A stretch of 64,000 bases of DNA. Source: a virus (Duplodnaviria > Caudoviricetes). The notes under the pieces were generated by a model. It searched no databases. It had not been told where the DNA came from and saw only the letters and a list, made by a program, of their open reading frames with translations. Positions 1 through 10,401 of the stretch are shown piece after piece. The stretch spans positions 36,108 to 100,107 of the IMG/VR virus record IMGVR_UViG_3300033120_000387. One strand, 5' to 3'. Position numbers and translations under genes: made by a program. Numbering within the stretch: the stretch's first letter is position 1; each line of letters begins with the position of its first letter.

Positions 1-1644
1 AATGCGGCTAAAGCACGAATAAGAGAAGGTGATTTAGAGGAACAAATTAGTGCCTATCAGAAAAAACATGGTGCTTATTATGTTGCCGCAGGAGGAATTT
101 ATAGCACTACTGCAAAGCAAGATTTAGAGCTATCTAAAATTCAAAATAAGGCGGCTGATTGGGAAAAGAAAGCGGCTGATTTGGCGGCAAGAGCACAAAA
201 CCTCACCTTGTCAGTACGAGGACAAAGAAATGGTGTCGCAATTCCTTCTTCAAACCCTCAACCGACCTCAACCCCAACAGGCGGTGGCGGAGGTGGAGGA
301 ACAGCCAAAGAAGAAGATGCTTTAAAAAATCTTAAAGAAGCCTACGAAGAAATCATCTCTGTAATGGAACACAAGTTGTTCCTTGATGAACAAGCGGGAG
401 CAAGTAATGAAGTTCTTTTGCAACATTATAAAGATATTCAAACCGAAATCCATAGACAAGCACAATATTATCGTAGTATTGGATTGGGCGAAAATCACGA
501 ATATATAATGTCGTTGCAAGAGCAATGGTGGAAATATCAATCCGAAATCTCTGATATAAATAAAAAAATAGCTGAAGATGCTAAAAAAGCACGAGAAGAA
601 TCGCTTAATAAATCTATTTCTTTATATAATGCACAATTAGCGGCACTAGAAAGATATGCACAAGCACAACAAGATAGTATACAAAAAGAGATAGACGCTT
701 TACAAGAAGCTAATAATCAAAGAGAAAAATCTATTGAATTACAAAATCTTGAAGAAGCCTTGGCAACCGCTAGACAACAGCGTATTAGAATATACGAAGA
801 AGGTAAAGGGTTTGTATATCGTGAAGATATGTCGGCAATATCTCAAGCCCAAACAGCACTTAATGAATATAACCAACAGCAAGCTTATGAAGCTGAATTA
901 GAAAGGCTTGAAAACAGAAAGCAAGCATGGTCAGATTATGTAAGTAATTTTAAAATTCAACAAGATAAATTGCTTAATGAGCAACAATTAGGCACAACCG
1001 AAGAAGCTTTTATACAACAACAAAGAATATCTAATTTACAATCTTTTGCTAATAGTTATTTATCTATAATGCAATCTTTAGTTGATGCACAAGGTGAATT
1101 AAACGACATGGATGGTTCTACAGCTTATGGTGCTAGTTCATCATCTGATAGAGCCGAATCAGCAAGAAAAACTAATATTCAAGCACAAATGTCAGCTAAT
1201 AGTGCGGCATGGCATGGTGCTAGCGCAAGCGAAAAGAAAAGATTAGAGTCTGAGAATAAAAAACTTGGAGCTTCCATTGGTGCAACATATACACCTTCAA
1301 CTGGTAAGTGGTCTTATGCAGATGGTATTACAAAGATTCCATTTAACCAATGGGCAAATGTCAATGAAAATGGTGACGAGTTAATAATACCGCCACAAGG
1401 CAATATGCAGTATTTGCAAAAGGGTACAGGTGTTATTCCTAAGACATTAACCGAAAACCTTATGGAGATTGGTCAATTAGGGCTAAGCGGGTTGAAGAAT
1501 TTTATGGGTAGTGGTGGTTCTACTGATAATTCAATCAATATTCAATCATTAACTGTTCGAGCTGACAATCCAACACAATTATTTAATGAACTAAAAAGCT
1601 TGAATAATTTTAAGAATTTAGCAACTCAAAGTGCTTATGAGTAG
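1..1644 (+). CDS. Tail tape measure protein, C-terminal part (5'-truncated by the window edge)
   Basis: Frame is open from base 1. Long Ala/Gln/Glu/Lys coiled-coil. C-terminal YADG..A.VNENGDELI..KGTGVIP motif is typical of TMP ends. Lies upstream of the tail genes. Confidence 0.8.
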   Translation, partial: NAAKARIREGDLEEQISAYQKKHGAYYVAAGGIYSTTAKQDLELSKIQNKAADWEKKAADLAARAQNLTLSVRGQRNGVAIPSSNPQPTSTPTGGGGGGGTAKEEDALKNLKEAYEEIISVMEHKLFLDEQAGASNEVLLQHYKDIQTEIHRQAQYYRSIGLGENHEYIMSLQEQWWKYQSEISDINKKIAEDAKKAREESLNKSISLYNAQLAALERYAQAQQDSIQKEIDALQEANNQREKSIELQNLEEALATARQQRIRIYEEGKGFVYREDMSAISQAQTALNEYNQQQAYEAELERLENRKQAWSDYVSNFKIQQDKLLNEQQLGTTEEAFIQQQRISNLQSFANSYLSIMQSLVDAQGELNDMDGSTAYGASSSSDRAESARKTNIQAQMSANSAAWHGASASEKKRLESENKKLGASIGATYTPSTGKWSYADGITKIPFNQWANVNENGDELIIPPQGNMQYLQKGTGVIPKTLTENLMEIGQLGLSGLKNFMGSGGSTDNSINIQSLTVRADNPTQLFNELKSLNNFKNLATQSAYE

Positions 1645-1648
1645 TTAA

Positions 1649-1684
1649 TAAAAAAGGGATAGGGGCAAACTCTATCTCTTTTTA
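1649..1684 (+). terminator. Rho-independent terminator
   Basis: aagggataggg-(gcaaa)-ctctatctctt hairpin followed by a T run. Confidence 0.65.
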
Positions 1685-1706
1685 TATAATTGAAAGGAGG
1701 GTATTT

Positions 1707-3704
1707 ATGGGAAACTTAACTCAACAATTAATTGACGGTATTAATATTATTGTTGATAAAAAAATAAAAAAAGCTGATTATGCAAGGATAAGAACAGGTC
1801 TTATAACGAGTATAAATGCAGATGGTACATATAATGTAATATTTGATAGTAAAAACATTACAAATGTTCCCTTTATTGGAAGTGGTACTTTATCTATTAA
1901 TTCAACCGTTAGGGTGGTAATTCCTGATAATCAACCTAATCAAGCAATAATTTTAGGCACAACGGTTGGTGGAAGTATTGTTAGTGGAGTCACAAGTGTT
2001 AATGGTATGACAGGCGATGTCGCTATGACTAAAAGCACTATAGGTCTTGGTAATGTAGATAATACATCAGATGTTGATAAGCCGATATCAATAGCCACAC
2101 AAAACGCTTTAAATCTTAAAGTAAATACATCGTTATTAGCTACGGTAGCCACAACAGGTAGTTATAATGACTTATCTAATAAACCTATTGTACCCACTAA
2201 AACAAGTGATTTAACTAATGATAGTGGCTATCAAACAAGTACACAAGTCGCTTCGAATATATCTATAGAAACATCTAACAGGCAAACAGCCGATAACGAT
2301 TTACAAGGGCAAATAACATCTAATGATACAGATATTTTAAATTTACAAAACACTAAGGCTAACATAACAGATATTCCTACTAAAATAAGCGAATTAACAA
2401 ACGATAGTGGTTTTTTAACCTCTATACCTACTGAATATGTAACTGATACAGAAATGCAAGCATATGCACAGCCAATAGGTGATTATGCTACTAATACTGA
2501 TTTAGGCACAAAACTACCTTTATCAGGTGGCACTATGACAGGTGCTATTAATATGGGTGGATTTGGTATAAACAACCTTCCTGATGCTACTACCAATCAG
2601 CAACCTGTTACTTTTAAACAATTAAGCGATGCTATATCGGGGTTGGGAAATGTATTTGATTTAAAGGGTGCATTGGCAACAGTATCGAATTTGCCAACAA
2701 CAGGTAATGCAATAGGTGATGTATGGTATGTTGAAAGTGAATCTGTTGGATATATATGGTTACAAGATACTACGGGAACTCTTAGATGGGAAAAATTTGG
2801 TCAAGAAATTGATTTAAGTGGATATATGACTAAAGCAGGACTGCTACAAACCATAGGTAGTGCAACTGATAATGCCATGTCGCAAAACGCAACTACAATA
2901 GCATTAGCCACAAAAGCCGATATTGAAGATTTATCTAATGTGGCTTTTAGTGGACTATACAGTGATTTAACGGGCGTGCCAACATCACTTCCTGCAAGCG
3001 ATGTATATTCATGGGCAAAACAGCCTACTAAACCGACATATACAAGTGCTGAAGTGGGATTGGGTAATGTGCCTAATGTAAACACAAATAATCAAACGCC
3101 TACATGGACAATATCAAGCACATTAGCAAATCTTGTAAGTGGCGAAACCTTAACAGTTGCTTTTGGCAAAATTGCAAAATGTATACAAACACTGATTAGT
3201 CATATTGCTAATGTGTCTAATCCTCACAATGTAACAAAAGCACAAGTGGAATTAGGGAATGCTGACAATACGGCTGATAGTGCTAAAAATGTATTATCGG
3301 CTACTAAATTGACTACATCACGAACAATAAATGGCGTTTTATTTAATGGTACAGCTAACATATCAACGCCTTTGGGTGGTAGTTCAGATGTTGCCATAAC
3401 ATCTCCTGTAAATAAACAGGTTTTACAATATAATGGAACTGAATGGGTTAATGAAGCCGTTCCTACAGGTGCAACATCTTTAGGGGATTTAACAGATGTA
3501 ACCCTAACATCACCTACAAATAGTCAAATTTTACAATATAATGGTACAGATTGGATAAATAGTACATTGCCAAGCGTAGATGTGGCAAATGCTGTAAAAA
3601 ACCAACAAAACCCAACTACATCTTTAAAAATGTGGTCAGGTACTTTAGCACAATATAACGCTATAACTACTAAAGATGCTACTACAGTTTATATGATTGT
3701 GTAG
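1707..3704 (+). CDS. Tail spike/fibre protein (N-terminal OB-like spike domain plus fibre repeats)
   Basis: Fibre-type motifs VTSVNGMTGDV, GLGNVDNTSD.DKPIS, TKTSDLTNDSG, NPHNVTKAQV. GGAGG RBS. Confidence 0.7.
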   Translation: MGNLTQQLIDGINIIVDKKIKKADYARIRTGLITSINADGTYNVIFDSKNITNVPFIGSGTLSINSTVRVVIPDNQPNQAIILGTTVGGSIVSGVTSVNGMTGDVAMTKSTIGLGNVDNTSDVDKPISIATQNALNLKVNTSLLATVATTGSYNDLSNKPIVPTKTSDLTNDSGYQTSTQVASNISIETSNRQTADNDLQGQITSNDTDILNLQNTKANITDIPTKISELTNDSGFLTSIPTEYVTDTEMQAYAQPIGDYATNTDLGTKLPLSGGTMTGAINMGGFGINNLPDATTNQQPVTFKQLSDAISGLGNVFDLKGALATVSNLPTTGNAIGDVWYVESESVGYIWLQDTTGTLRWEKFGQEIDLSGYMTKAGLLQTIGSATDNAMSQNATTIALATKADIEDLSNVAFSGLYSDLTGVPTSLPASDVYSWAKQPTKPTYTSAEVGLGNVPNVNTNNQTPTWTISSTLANLVSGETLTVAFGKIAKCIQTLISHIANVSNPHNVTKAQVELGNADNTADSAKNVLSATKLTTSRTINGVLFNGTANISTPLGGSSDVAITSPVNKQVLQYNGTEWVNEAVPTGATSLGDLTDVTLTSPTNSQILQYNGTDWINSTLPSVDVANAVKNQQNPTTSLKMWSGTLAQYNAITTKDATTVYMIV

Positions 3705-3714
3705 GTGATATGAT

Positions 3715-5181
3715 ATGACGGTATATAATGGTAATGTAATAAGTCCTACACAAAGACTTGTAAATGGCGATATAATTGAGTATACTTTTTCAGGTAGCTT
3801 AAAAAATATAATATTAAAACAGGGAACTTATAAATTTGAATGTTATGGTTCAGCATCCTCTGATGTAAGTGGTACTAGCGGTACTGATAATAGAGGTGGA
3901 TATGCTGGGGGTACGATTTTAATTACAGAAGATAAAGAATTTTTTATAGTTGTAGGTGGTAATACATCTGGTAATTTTAATGGTTCTGCAAATGGTGCTA
4001 GAGGTGGTGTATATTCTGGTGGTGGTACTGATATTAGATTAACTGGTGGGAACTGGAACGATCTAGCTTCTTTGTGTAGCAGAATTATAGTCGCAGGTGG
4101 TGGTGGTACAAGAGGAGCTAGTAATAAATATGGTGGTTATGGTGGCGGTTTAACAGGTCAATCCAGAACAGAAAACTATGGTAGTTATGGCGAGGGTGGC
4201 TCACAAACTGGTTCGGGTACATACGGTGGTTTTGGCTATGGTGGCGCAGGGCAATATCGTTCAAATGGTTATGGTGGCGCTGGTGGTGGTGGATATTACG
4301 GCGGTGGTGGAGTATATCCGGATAGAAGCGGTGATGATGACAGAGGCGGCGGTGGAGGCTCTGGTTTTATTTCAGGTTTAGCTGGATGTAATGCTGTAAT
4401 ATCTCAAACCAATAGTGGGGCAAGCGGTCAGCCAAACCATTATAGTGGGCTAAAATTTACAAATGCTTCTATGCAAAATGGAATCAGAGATACCACGGGA
4501 TTAGTAAGAATAACAGTAATAGAATTAGTGCCACAATATATCATAACAGCAACATCAAATAATAATGGTTTAATATCTCCGAGTGGTAGTATAGAGGTAA
4601 ATTATGGAGAATCACAAAATTTTACAATGATTCCAAATATGGGGTACAAAGTGCTTGATGTAACAGTAGACGGTGTATCACAAGGAAAAATAACATCATA
4701 TACATTTACAAATATTGCCGCCAATCATACCATATCTGTCACTTTTGAATCTATAATATACACTATAACATCTTCTGTTGTAGGCAATGGTCAAATTATG
4801 CCTCTTGGTACAACCAATGTAGATTATGGGGGTACACAATCATATACTATAATTGCCGATGAAGGATATAGAATAAATGATGTTGTAGTAGATGGTGTAA
4901 GCATGGGTAGAATGAATACTTATACATTTACTAATGTTTTATCTGACCACAATATATCAGTAGAGTTTGTACTATTTTCAAATATTAAGCTAGGCACGAA
5001 TATGGTAAATAATATGAAAATAGGCGCGGTTAAAGTTAAATATGTATATTTAGGCTCGACAATGATAGCAAATTATGTAGTACCGTTGATATGGTCAGAT
5101 GTAAATGCTTTAAACTACACATTCCAAGATGTCAACAATCTTAACCTCACATGGCAAGATGTAAATGATGGCAAATTATAG
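3715..5181 (+). CDS. Tail-associated protein: glycine-rich (ALK/LTK-like) domain plus two Ig-like/B-repeat domains
   Basis: GGGTDIRL..SRIIVAGGGG and GGGGSGFI motifs. Two repeats of ITxS..G.I.P.G...V.YG.SQ..T..P..GY....V.VDG. Confidence 0.65.
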   Translation: MTVYNGNVISPTQRLVNGDIIEYTFSGSLKNIILKQGTYKFECYGSASSDVSGTSGTDNRGGYAGGTILITEDKEFFIVVGGNTSGNFNGSANGARGGVYSGGGTDIRLTGGNWNDLASLCSRIIVAGGGGTRGASNKYGGYGGGLTGQSRTENYGSYGEGGSQTGSGTYGGFGYGGAGQYRSNGYGGAGGGGYYGGGGVYPDRSGDDDRGGGGGSGFISGLAGCNAVISQTNSGASGQPNHYSGLKFTNASMQNGIRDTTGLVRITVIELVPQYIITATSNNNGLISPSGSIEVNYGESQNFTMIPNMGYKVLDVTVDGVSQGKITSYTFTNIAANHTISVTFESIIYTITSSVVGNGQIMPLGTTNVDYGGTQSYTIIADEGYRINDVVVDGVSMGRMNTYTFTNVLSDHNISVEFVLFSNIKLGTNMVNNMKIGAVKVKYVYLGSTMIANYVVPLIWSDVNALNYTFQDVNNLNLTWQDVNDGKL

Positions 5182-5195
5182 AAAGGAGGGAGTAT

Positions 5196-6389
5196 ATGAG
5201 TTTAACACAACCACTTTTATTAACACAAACCGCATTTGATGCCACTAACGCACAAACATTCCTATTTAATGTAGTAGGTGGTTCACAAGTAGTTAAAAAC
5301 ACACTTAAAATAACAGATAATACAACAAATATCGTTGTATATGAACAAACACAAACAACCTATACTTTTGAACATATATTGCCTGCAAATACATTAACAA
5401 ATAGCAAGAATTATGTGGCGCAAATACAGACAATAGATGCTAATAATGATACTTCACCTTGGTCGAATATTATAACCTTTTATTGTTATGCAACACCTAC
5501 ATTTACCATATCGAATATGCCGACAGGTAATATAATAGCCAACTCAAGCTATGTGTTTCAAGCTACATATAATCAAGCAAGTGGAGAATTATTAAATTCC
5601 TATGATTTTATTTTATATGACTCATCTAATAATCAGATAAGTACAAGTGGTGTACAATATGTGGGAAGTAGCACACCTCCTCCTACAATCATATCTCATA
5701 AATTTAGTGGGTTTGAAGATAATACTATATACAAAATAGAAGTAAAAGGTGTGACCGCTAACGGAACAATTATCACAACTGGTATAATACAATTTATCAC
5801 TAATTATACTGTCCCTATCTCTTTTGGCGCATTTGAATTAGCTAATAATTGTAATGATGGATATATAAATATTATTAGTAATATGTTGTCAATAAAAGCA
5901 CAAAGTAATCCTTCTCCACCTATATATATAGAAGGTGAAGAAGTTGATTTAGTTAATACAGGCACATATGTAGAATGGATAGAGGGCTTCGATATACCTA
6001 ATGATTTTGTCCTAAGAGTATGGGGTAGAGCCTTTATGTTAAACAATGTTATATGTATAGCTAGCAACCCTGATATGCCGAACGAAAAATTGCTTTTAAC
6101 ATATCATTATGATAATGTTAATAAAGAGGTTTCTATTATAGTAGAATATATCACAGGAGGTCAATCATCTTTCTTTTTTAGTAACGCAATAACAGTGCCG
6201 ATAGCAAAAGACCAATTGTTTGTATGGGTAAAAAAAATAGGTGATAATATTACGGTAAATCTTGATGTAACCTATGTTAGTCCTGATAGAACTTATATAT
6301 GGTATGATGTAAATAATAGAAACTACACATTCCAAGATGTGAATAATCTTAATATAACATGGGCGCAAGCAAATCAAGGAGGTTGGTAA
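5196..6389 (+). CDS. Minor tail protein with fibronectin type III-like domains
   Basis: Beta-rich, FN3-like signatures (SPWSN, YKIEVKGV), within the tail operon. Confidence 0.55.
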   Translation: MSLTQPLLLTQTAFDATNAQTFLFNVVGGSQVVKNTLKITDNTTNIVVYEQTQTTYTFEHILPANTLTNSKNYVAQIQTIDANNDTSPWSNIITFYCYATPTFTISNMPTGNIIANSSYVFQATYNQASGELLNSYDFILYDSSNNQISTSGVQYVGSSTPPPTIISHKFSGFEDNTIYKIEVKGVTANGTIITTGIIQFITNYTVPISFGAFELANNCNDGYINIISNMLSIKAQSNPSPPIYIEGEEVDLVNTGTYVEWIEGFDIPNDFVLRVWGRAFMLNNVICIASNPDMPNEKLLLTYHYDNVNKEVSIIVEYITGGQSSFFFSNAITVPIAKDQLFVWVKKIGDNITVNLDVTYVSPDRTYIWYDVNNRNYTFQDVNNLNITWAQANQGGW

Positions 6390-6391
6390 AA

Positions 6392-7228
6392 TTGTATACA
6401 AATGTAAAATTACAAAATGGCATATTTGACCATTTTAATGTAACAAAAGATGTCGATGCTCCTTATAGTACAACAATACCTACAGCTTGGGATTTATTAA
6501 CGATTATGGATTGCGATTTTAAAAATAATATAGACGCAGGTAATATTGACTATGCACTAACCTTAATTGATACAATAAAAATAAAGCGCAGAATAAAAGG
6601 AGAATTTGATTGGCTCACATTGGCTTCTATACCTATCAGAGTTGCATCCGATTTAAAATTTATTAAACCAGACTTCTTTAATCAAAACAATATAGAATAT
6701 GAGTATGCTTTAGTGCCTGTAATGAGCGGAGTTGAGGGAGAGTATATAATACAGTCCGTATTAAGTCAATTTGACGGTGTGTTTATATGTGATTATGAAA
6801 CGATATTTAAATTTTATGCAGGGGTTAGCTATGGTGATACTGAAAGTATACAAGCCGTAGGCGTTTATGAGCCTATTGGCGCAAAATACCCTATTGTTGT
6901 AGTGAACGCTAATACAGATTATCATACAGGTAGCGTAAATGCTACTATGATGCCAAGTGAATTTTATACAGATGGTACAATAGATAGGCAAGCAATTGTG
7001 AATTATACAAATTTAGTTGATAAATTCTTGAAAAATAAGCGTGCAAAGATATTAAAAGATTGGAACGGTTCGATTTATTTATTGATGGTGACGGGAAATC
7101 CATCGTTATCTTATGCAAATAATTATGGTATGGGCATAATCAACACATCGTTTTCATGGACTGAACAAGGCGACCCTAATAATCAAGAAAGTTTATATGA
7201 CAATGGTCTCGTTAATATACTAGAATAG
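6392..7228 (+). CDS. Minor tail protein (distal-tail-like)
   Basis: TTG start at 6392 lies 9 nt after GGAGG (the ORF track start at 6359 overlaps the previous gene). Tail operon context. Confidence 0.5.
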   Translation: MYTNVKLQNGIFDHFNVTKDVDAPYSTTIPTAWDLLTIMDCDFKNNIDAGNIDYALTLIDTIKIKRRIKGEFDWLTLASIPIRVASDLKFIKPDFFNQNNIEYEYALVPVMSGVEGEYIIQSVLSQFDGVFICDYETIFKFYAGVSYGDTESIQAVGVYEPIGAKYPIVVVNANTDYHTGSVNATMMPSEFYTDGTIDRQAIVNYTNLVDKFLKNKRAKILKDWNGSIYLLMVTGNPSLSYANNYGMGIINTSFSWTEQGDPNNQESLYDNGLVNILE

Positions 7229-7241
7229 GAGGTATTAGGCT

Positions 7242-8636
7242 ATGAATATTACACAGAATATGTATAATGTGCTTTTACAACAGCAAAGAATTTTACATAT
7301 TAAAGTTAATTTGCTTAACTTCCAATTCCTAACAGTAAATGAATTGAGTGGCTTGGTTTTAAATCCTCCACAAATAGATATAAATGCTAATAGTGATATA
7401 AGGCGCACTTGTGATATAGAAATGGTAGTAAAAGAAAGATTATATGATATTGAGGTTGGAGGGCAGATTTTTATTGATAAATTTGTTCAAGTATATTTTG
7501 GTATTGAAGATATTAGAAATAGCAATGAAATAGTGTGGTTTAATCAAGGAATATACCTCATAAATGCACCAAGCGTTCAATACAATGCTACTACTAATAC
7601 ATTGTCATTTCAAGGTGTAGATTTAATGGCTAAATTGACAGGAATGAGAAACGGCTACTTAGAGGGTATACCAAGTGTAATCCCTAAAGATAGTGTAATT
7701 AGAGATGTAATAATTAGCACATTAGCATTAGGCGGTTTTAATAAATATATAATCAATATTAAAGACACCGATACCAAGACACCTTATGAGATTAAATTAG
7801 ATATAGGCGCAACTGTATATGATATATTAGCTAAATTGAAAGAGATATATAGTGCTTATCAAATGTATTTTGATATAGATGGGGTTTTCCATTATGAGCC
7901 TTATCCAACTGATGAAAATGCACCAATACTTATAGACAATTCAATGTGGGATAGATTGTATATATCTCACACAAATGCAGTTGATTTTGAGCAAGTAAAA
8001 AATGTTGTCGAGGTTTTAGGTAAATCATACGATATACAACATTATGGAGCGACAACAACAGTTAGTGGAAGTGAGTATACTACTAATATTGCAAGTCTAA
8101 GTGCTTTATCTAACGATATACTTATAGGGTTTACAGCACCAAGCGTTGTAGTAAATCCTACATTAAAAATCAATAATTTTACAGCATATCCTATTGTAAA
8201 TGAAGATGGCACAAGTGCTGTTATACCCGAAGCTAACAAATATTATGTTGTCCAATATAAAGACAGTAAATATATATTCATGGGATATCAGCAAGTTAGA
8301 GCAACCGCAAAAGATGAAAATCCTGACAGTCCATTTTATGTAAATGGAACAACAGGCGAAATTAGAATTGTTTTGAGTGGAGGAGAATTTGACAATATAC
8401 CAAGCAATAAACTAGCTTTAGATAGAGCAAAATATGAGATATATATGCGGTCAAGAGTTAATGATAGTTTAATAATAGAAACTATACCTATATATTTTGC
8501 CGATGTATATCAATTGATATCATTTAAGTTTCCTGATGATGTGGAAACTTATTTATATATGATACAATCAATATCGACAAGCGATACACAAACAATAACT
8601 TGTTCAAGATTTTATCCCCTATATCCTTTTTCATAG
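7242..8636 (+). CDS. Tail tip/baseplate hub protein (Tal/DUF5048-like)
   Basis: SDIRRTC, DLMAKLTG.RNG.L and YFDIDGVF motifs of phage hub proteins. Confidence 0.6.
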   Translation: MNITQNMYNVLLQQQRILHIKVNLLNFQFLTVNELSGLVLNPPQIDINANSDIRRTCDIEMVVKERLYDIEVGGQIFIDKFVQVYFGIEDIRNSNEIVWFNQGIYLINAPSVQYNATTNTLSFQGVDLMAKLTGMRNGYLEGIPSVIPKDSVIRDVIISTLALGGFNKYIINIKDTDTKTPYEIKLDIGATVYDILAKLKEIYSAYQMYFDIDGVFHYEPYPTDENAPILIDNSMWDRLYISHTNAVDFEQVKNVVEVLGKSYDIQHYGATTTVSGSEYTTNIASLSALSNDILIGFTAPSVVVNPTLKINNFTAYPIVNEDGTSAVIPEANKYYVVQYKDSKYIFMGYQQVRATAKDENPDSPFYVNGTTGEIRIVLSGGEFDNIPSNKLALDRAKYEIYMRSRVNDSLIIETIPIYFADVYQLISFKFPDDVETYLYMIQSISTSDTQTITCSRFYPLYPFS

Positions 8637-8669
8637 GGGATAAAAATACATAAAGAAAGGAATGATTAT

Positions 8670-10127
8670 ATGAGCAATATAACAACACCGTTTCAATTGA
8701 CGGATAATTTTAATATGACCGAATTTAATGGTATGTTAAATGATATAAATACAAATACGATAGCACCAAATATAGATATAAGCACAACAACTGCTAATTT
8801 ATATGATACAAATAATGTAGATACAGCATTACAAATGATAGCAATAGCTAAAACGACCATAACGCTTACTTCAACTGCTGTGGGCAAGGTGGCAAGAATT
8901 GAGCAAGGAGCTATTATTTTAACACAAACAGCGACAGGGAGCACCATTGTTTTTGATGTGCCCAAAACAGGAACTTGGAATATATATTATGATAATATTG
9001 GTGTAGGAAGCGCAAATATTAATGTAGGGGATAGTTTTGTTAAAGATGTAGGTTATAAAATAATGACATTAAATATAGACCTTACTAACTCAAATCCTGC
9101 AACTTGCGCTACTTATGCAGACGATGCAGTCACTATGACGGCAGGTGGCAGTGATTGGGATGCATGGTTTGGTATTAAGCCATGTTTATTTAAAAACGGT
9201 GCGGTAGTAGGGTATTTAAATCCTAATAATTTTACACAGTTTGCAGATGGTTCTGCCGCCGACATCACAAGTGGCAATGCAGGCGATGTTATGATTGAGT
9301 TTCCGAGGTTAGGTTTGAATATTACTACTGTTGGCAACACACTCACAATATCTATGACAAACAATCCTAACAATAGTAGCTTTAACTACTTGGCACATAC
9401 AAGAGGCTCGACAAATAAAGATTATTTTTATCTTGGAGCATACAAAGGTTATACGATGGGTGGTCAAATTCGTTCCCTTAGTGGTAAAGCACCAACAACT
9501 TCACAAACCATTGGAACATTTAGAACTCAAGCCCAAGCAAATGGGGCGGGTTATGAACAAAGTGGCTTTTATCAGCTTATATTTAGACAAGCAATGTACT
9601 TGTTAAAATATAAGAATCTTGATTCACAGACCGCACTTGGTAGGGGTTATGTTGATGGTAACAGTGCAGCAATTGCTACTGGTGGCACAAATGCCAAGGG
9701 CATGGACTTTGGTGAAACAACTGGTAAACTACAAATGAAGTTATTTGGGCTTGAGGACTTCTGGGGAAATGTTCATGAATGGATTGATGGATTAGTATCC
9801 ACCTCTACTTGGAATATGCTGACAACTACAGATAATTTTAATGATACCGGTGCAGGGTATATGGATAATGGTCAAGGAGCAAGCGCTAATATTGGAAACT
9901 ATATGAGTAAACCTCAAGGAACAACTAAGACTGGGTTTATTGCAAAAGAAGTAACTGGTTCGGGTAGTACTTACTTCTGCGATTATGCGAGTTTGTATTC
10001 TTCCTGTGTTGCGAGTTTTGGCAGTGGTTGGGGTGATGCTTCGGGTGCGGGTGCTTTCTGTTTGCTGGTGTATATTGCCGCTTCGTATTCGGGTGCTGCT
10101 GTCGGCGCGCGCTTGATGTTTTTATAA
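8670..10127 (+). CDS. DGR target: receptor-binding tail fibre with C-terminal C-type-lectin (CLec/FGE-like) domain
   Basis: GLEDFWGNVHEW motif and terminal GARL. The last 48 codons form the VR. Confidence 0.9.
   Translation: MSNITTPFQLTDNFNMTEFNGMLNDINTNTIAPNIDISTTTANLYDTNNVDTALQMIAIAKTTITLTSTAVGKVARIEQGAIILTQTATGSTIVFDVPKTGTWNIYYDNIGVGSANINVGDSFVKDVGYKIMTLNIDLTNSNPATCATYADDAVTMTAGGSDWDAWFGIKPCLFKNGAVVGYLNPNNFTQFADGSAADITSGNAGDVMIEFPRLGLNITTVGNTLTISMTNNPNNSSFNYLAHTRGSTNKDYFYLGAYKGYTMGGQIRSLSGKAPTTSQTIGTFRTQAQANGAGYEQSGFYQLIFRQAMYLLKYKNLDSQTALGRGYVDGNSAAIATGGTNAKGMDFGETTGKLQMKLFGLEDFWGNVHEWIDGLVSTSTWNMLTTTDNFNDTGAGYMDNGQGASANIGNYMSKPQGTTKTGFIAKEVTGSGSTYFCDYASLYSSCVASFGSGWGDASGAGAFCLLVYIAASYSGAAVGARLMFL
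9981..10124 (+). repeat. DGR variable repeat (VR)
   Basis: Ungapped match to 10154-10297 with 31 mismatches, all opposite TR adenines. Confidence 0.97.
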
Positions 10128-10153
10128 GTTAATAATTTGGGTAATGGAAGTTA

Positions 10154-10297
10154 GATTATACGAATTTGAATTCTTCCTGTGTTACGAATTTTGGCAGTAA
10201 TTGGAGTAATACTTCGAATACGGGAACTTTCTATTTGCAAGTGAATAATACCACTTCGAATTCGAATGCTAATATCGGCACGCACTTAATGTTTTTA
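10154..10297 (+). repeat. DGR template repeat (TR)
   Basis: 43 adenines and 11 AAT codons in the VR frame. Lies between target and RT. Confidence 0.97.
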
Positions 10298-10401
10298 ATA
10301 TTGACCCACGTGCAACCATTACCCTGGCTCTTGCCAAAACATAAAAAGTAAAAAAGTTGTACTGGTACTCAATAAGGAAGGTTCAACATCAAAAAACATC
10401 A

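Noticed and set aside
5089-6362. Repeat pair as a second VR/TR
   Set aside because: Mismatches are not adenine-specific and the sequence is unrelated to TR. I found no second VR in the window.
10166-10351. 61-aa ORF similar to the target C-terminus
   Set aside because: It is the TR read in the VR frame. It has no RBS and is best explained as template RNA.
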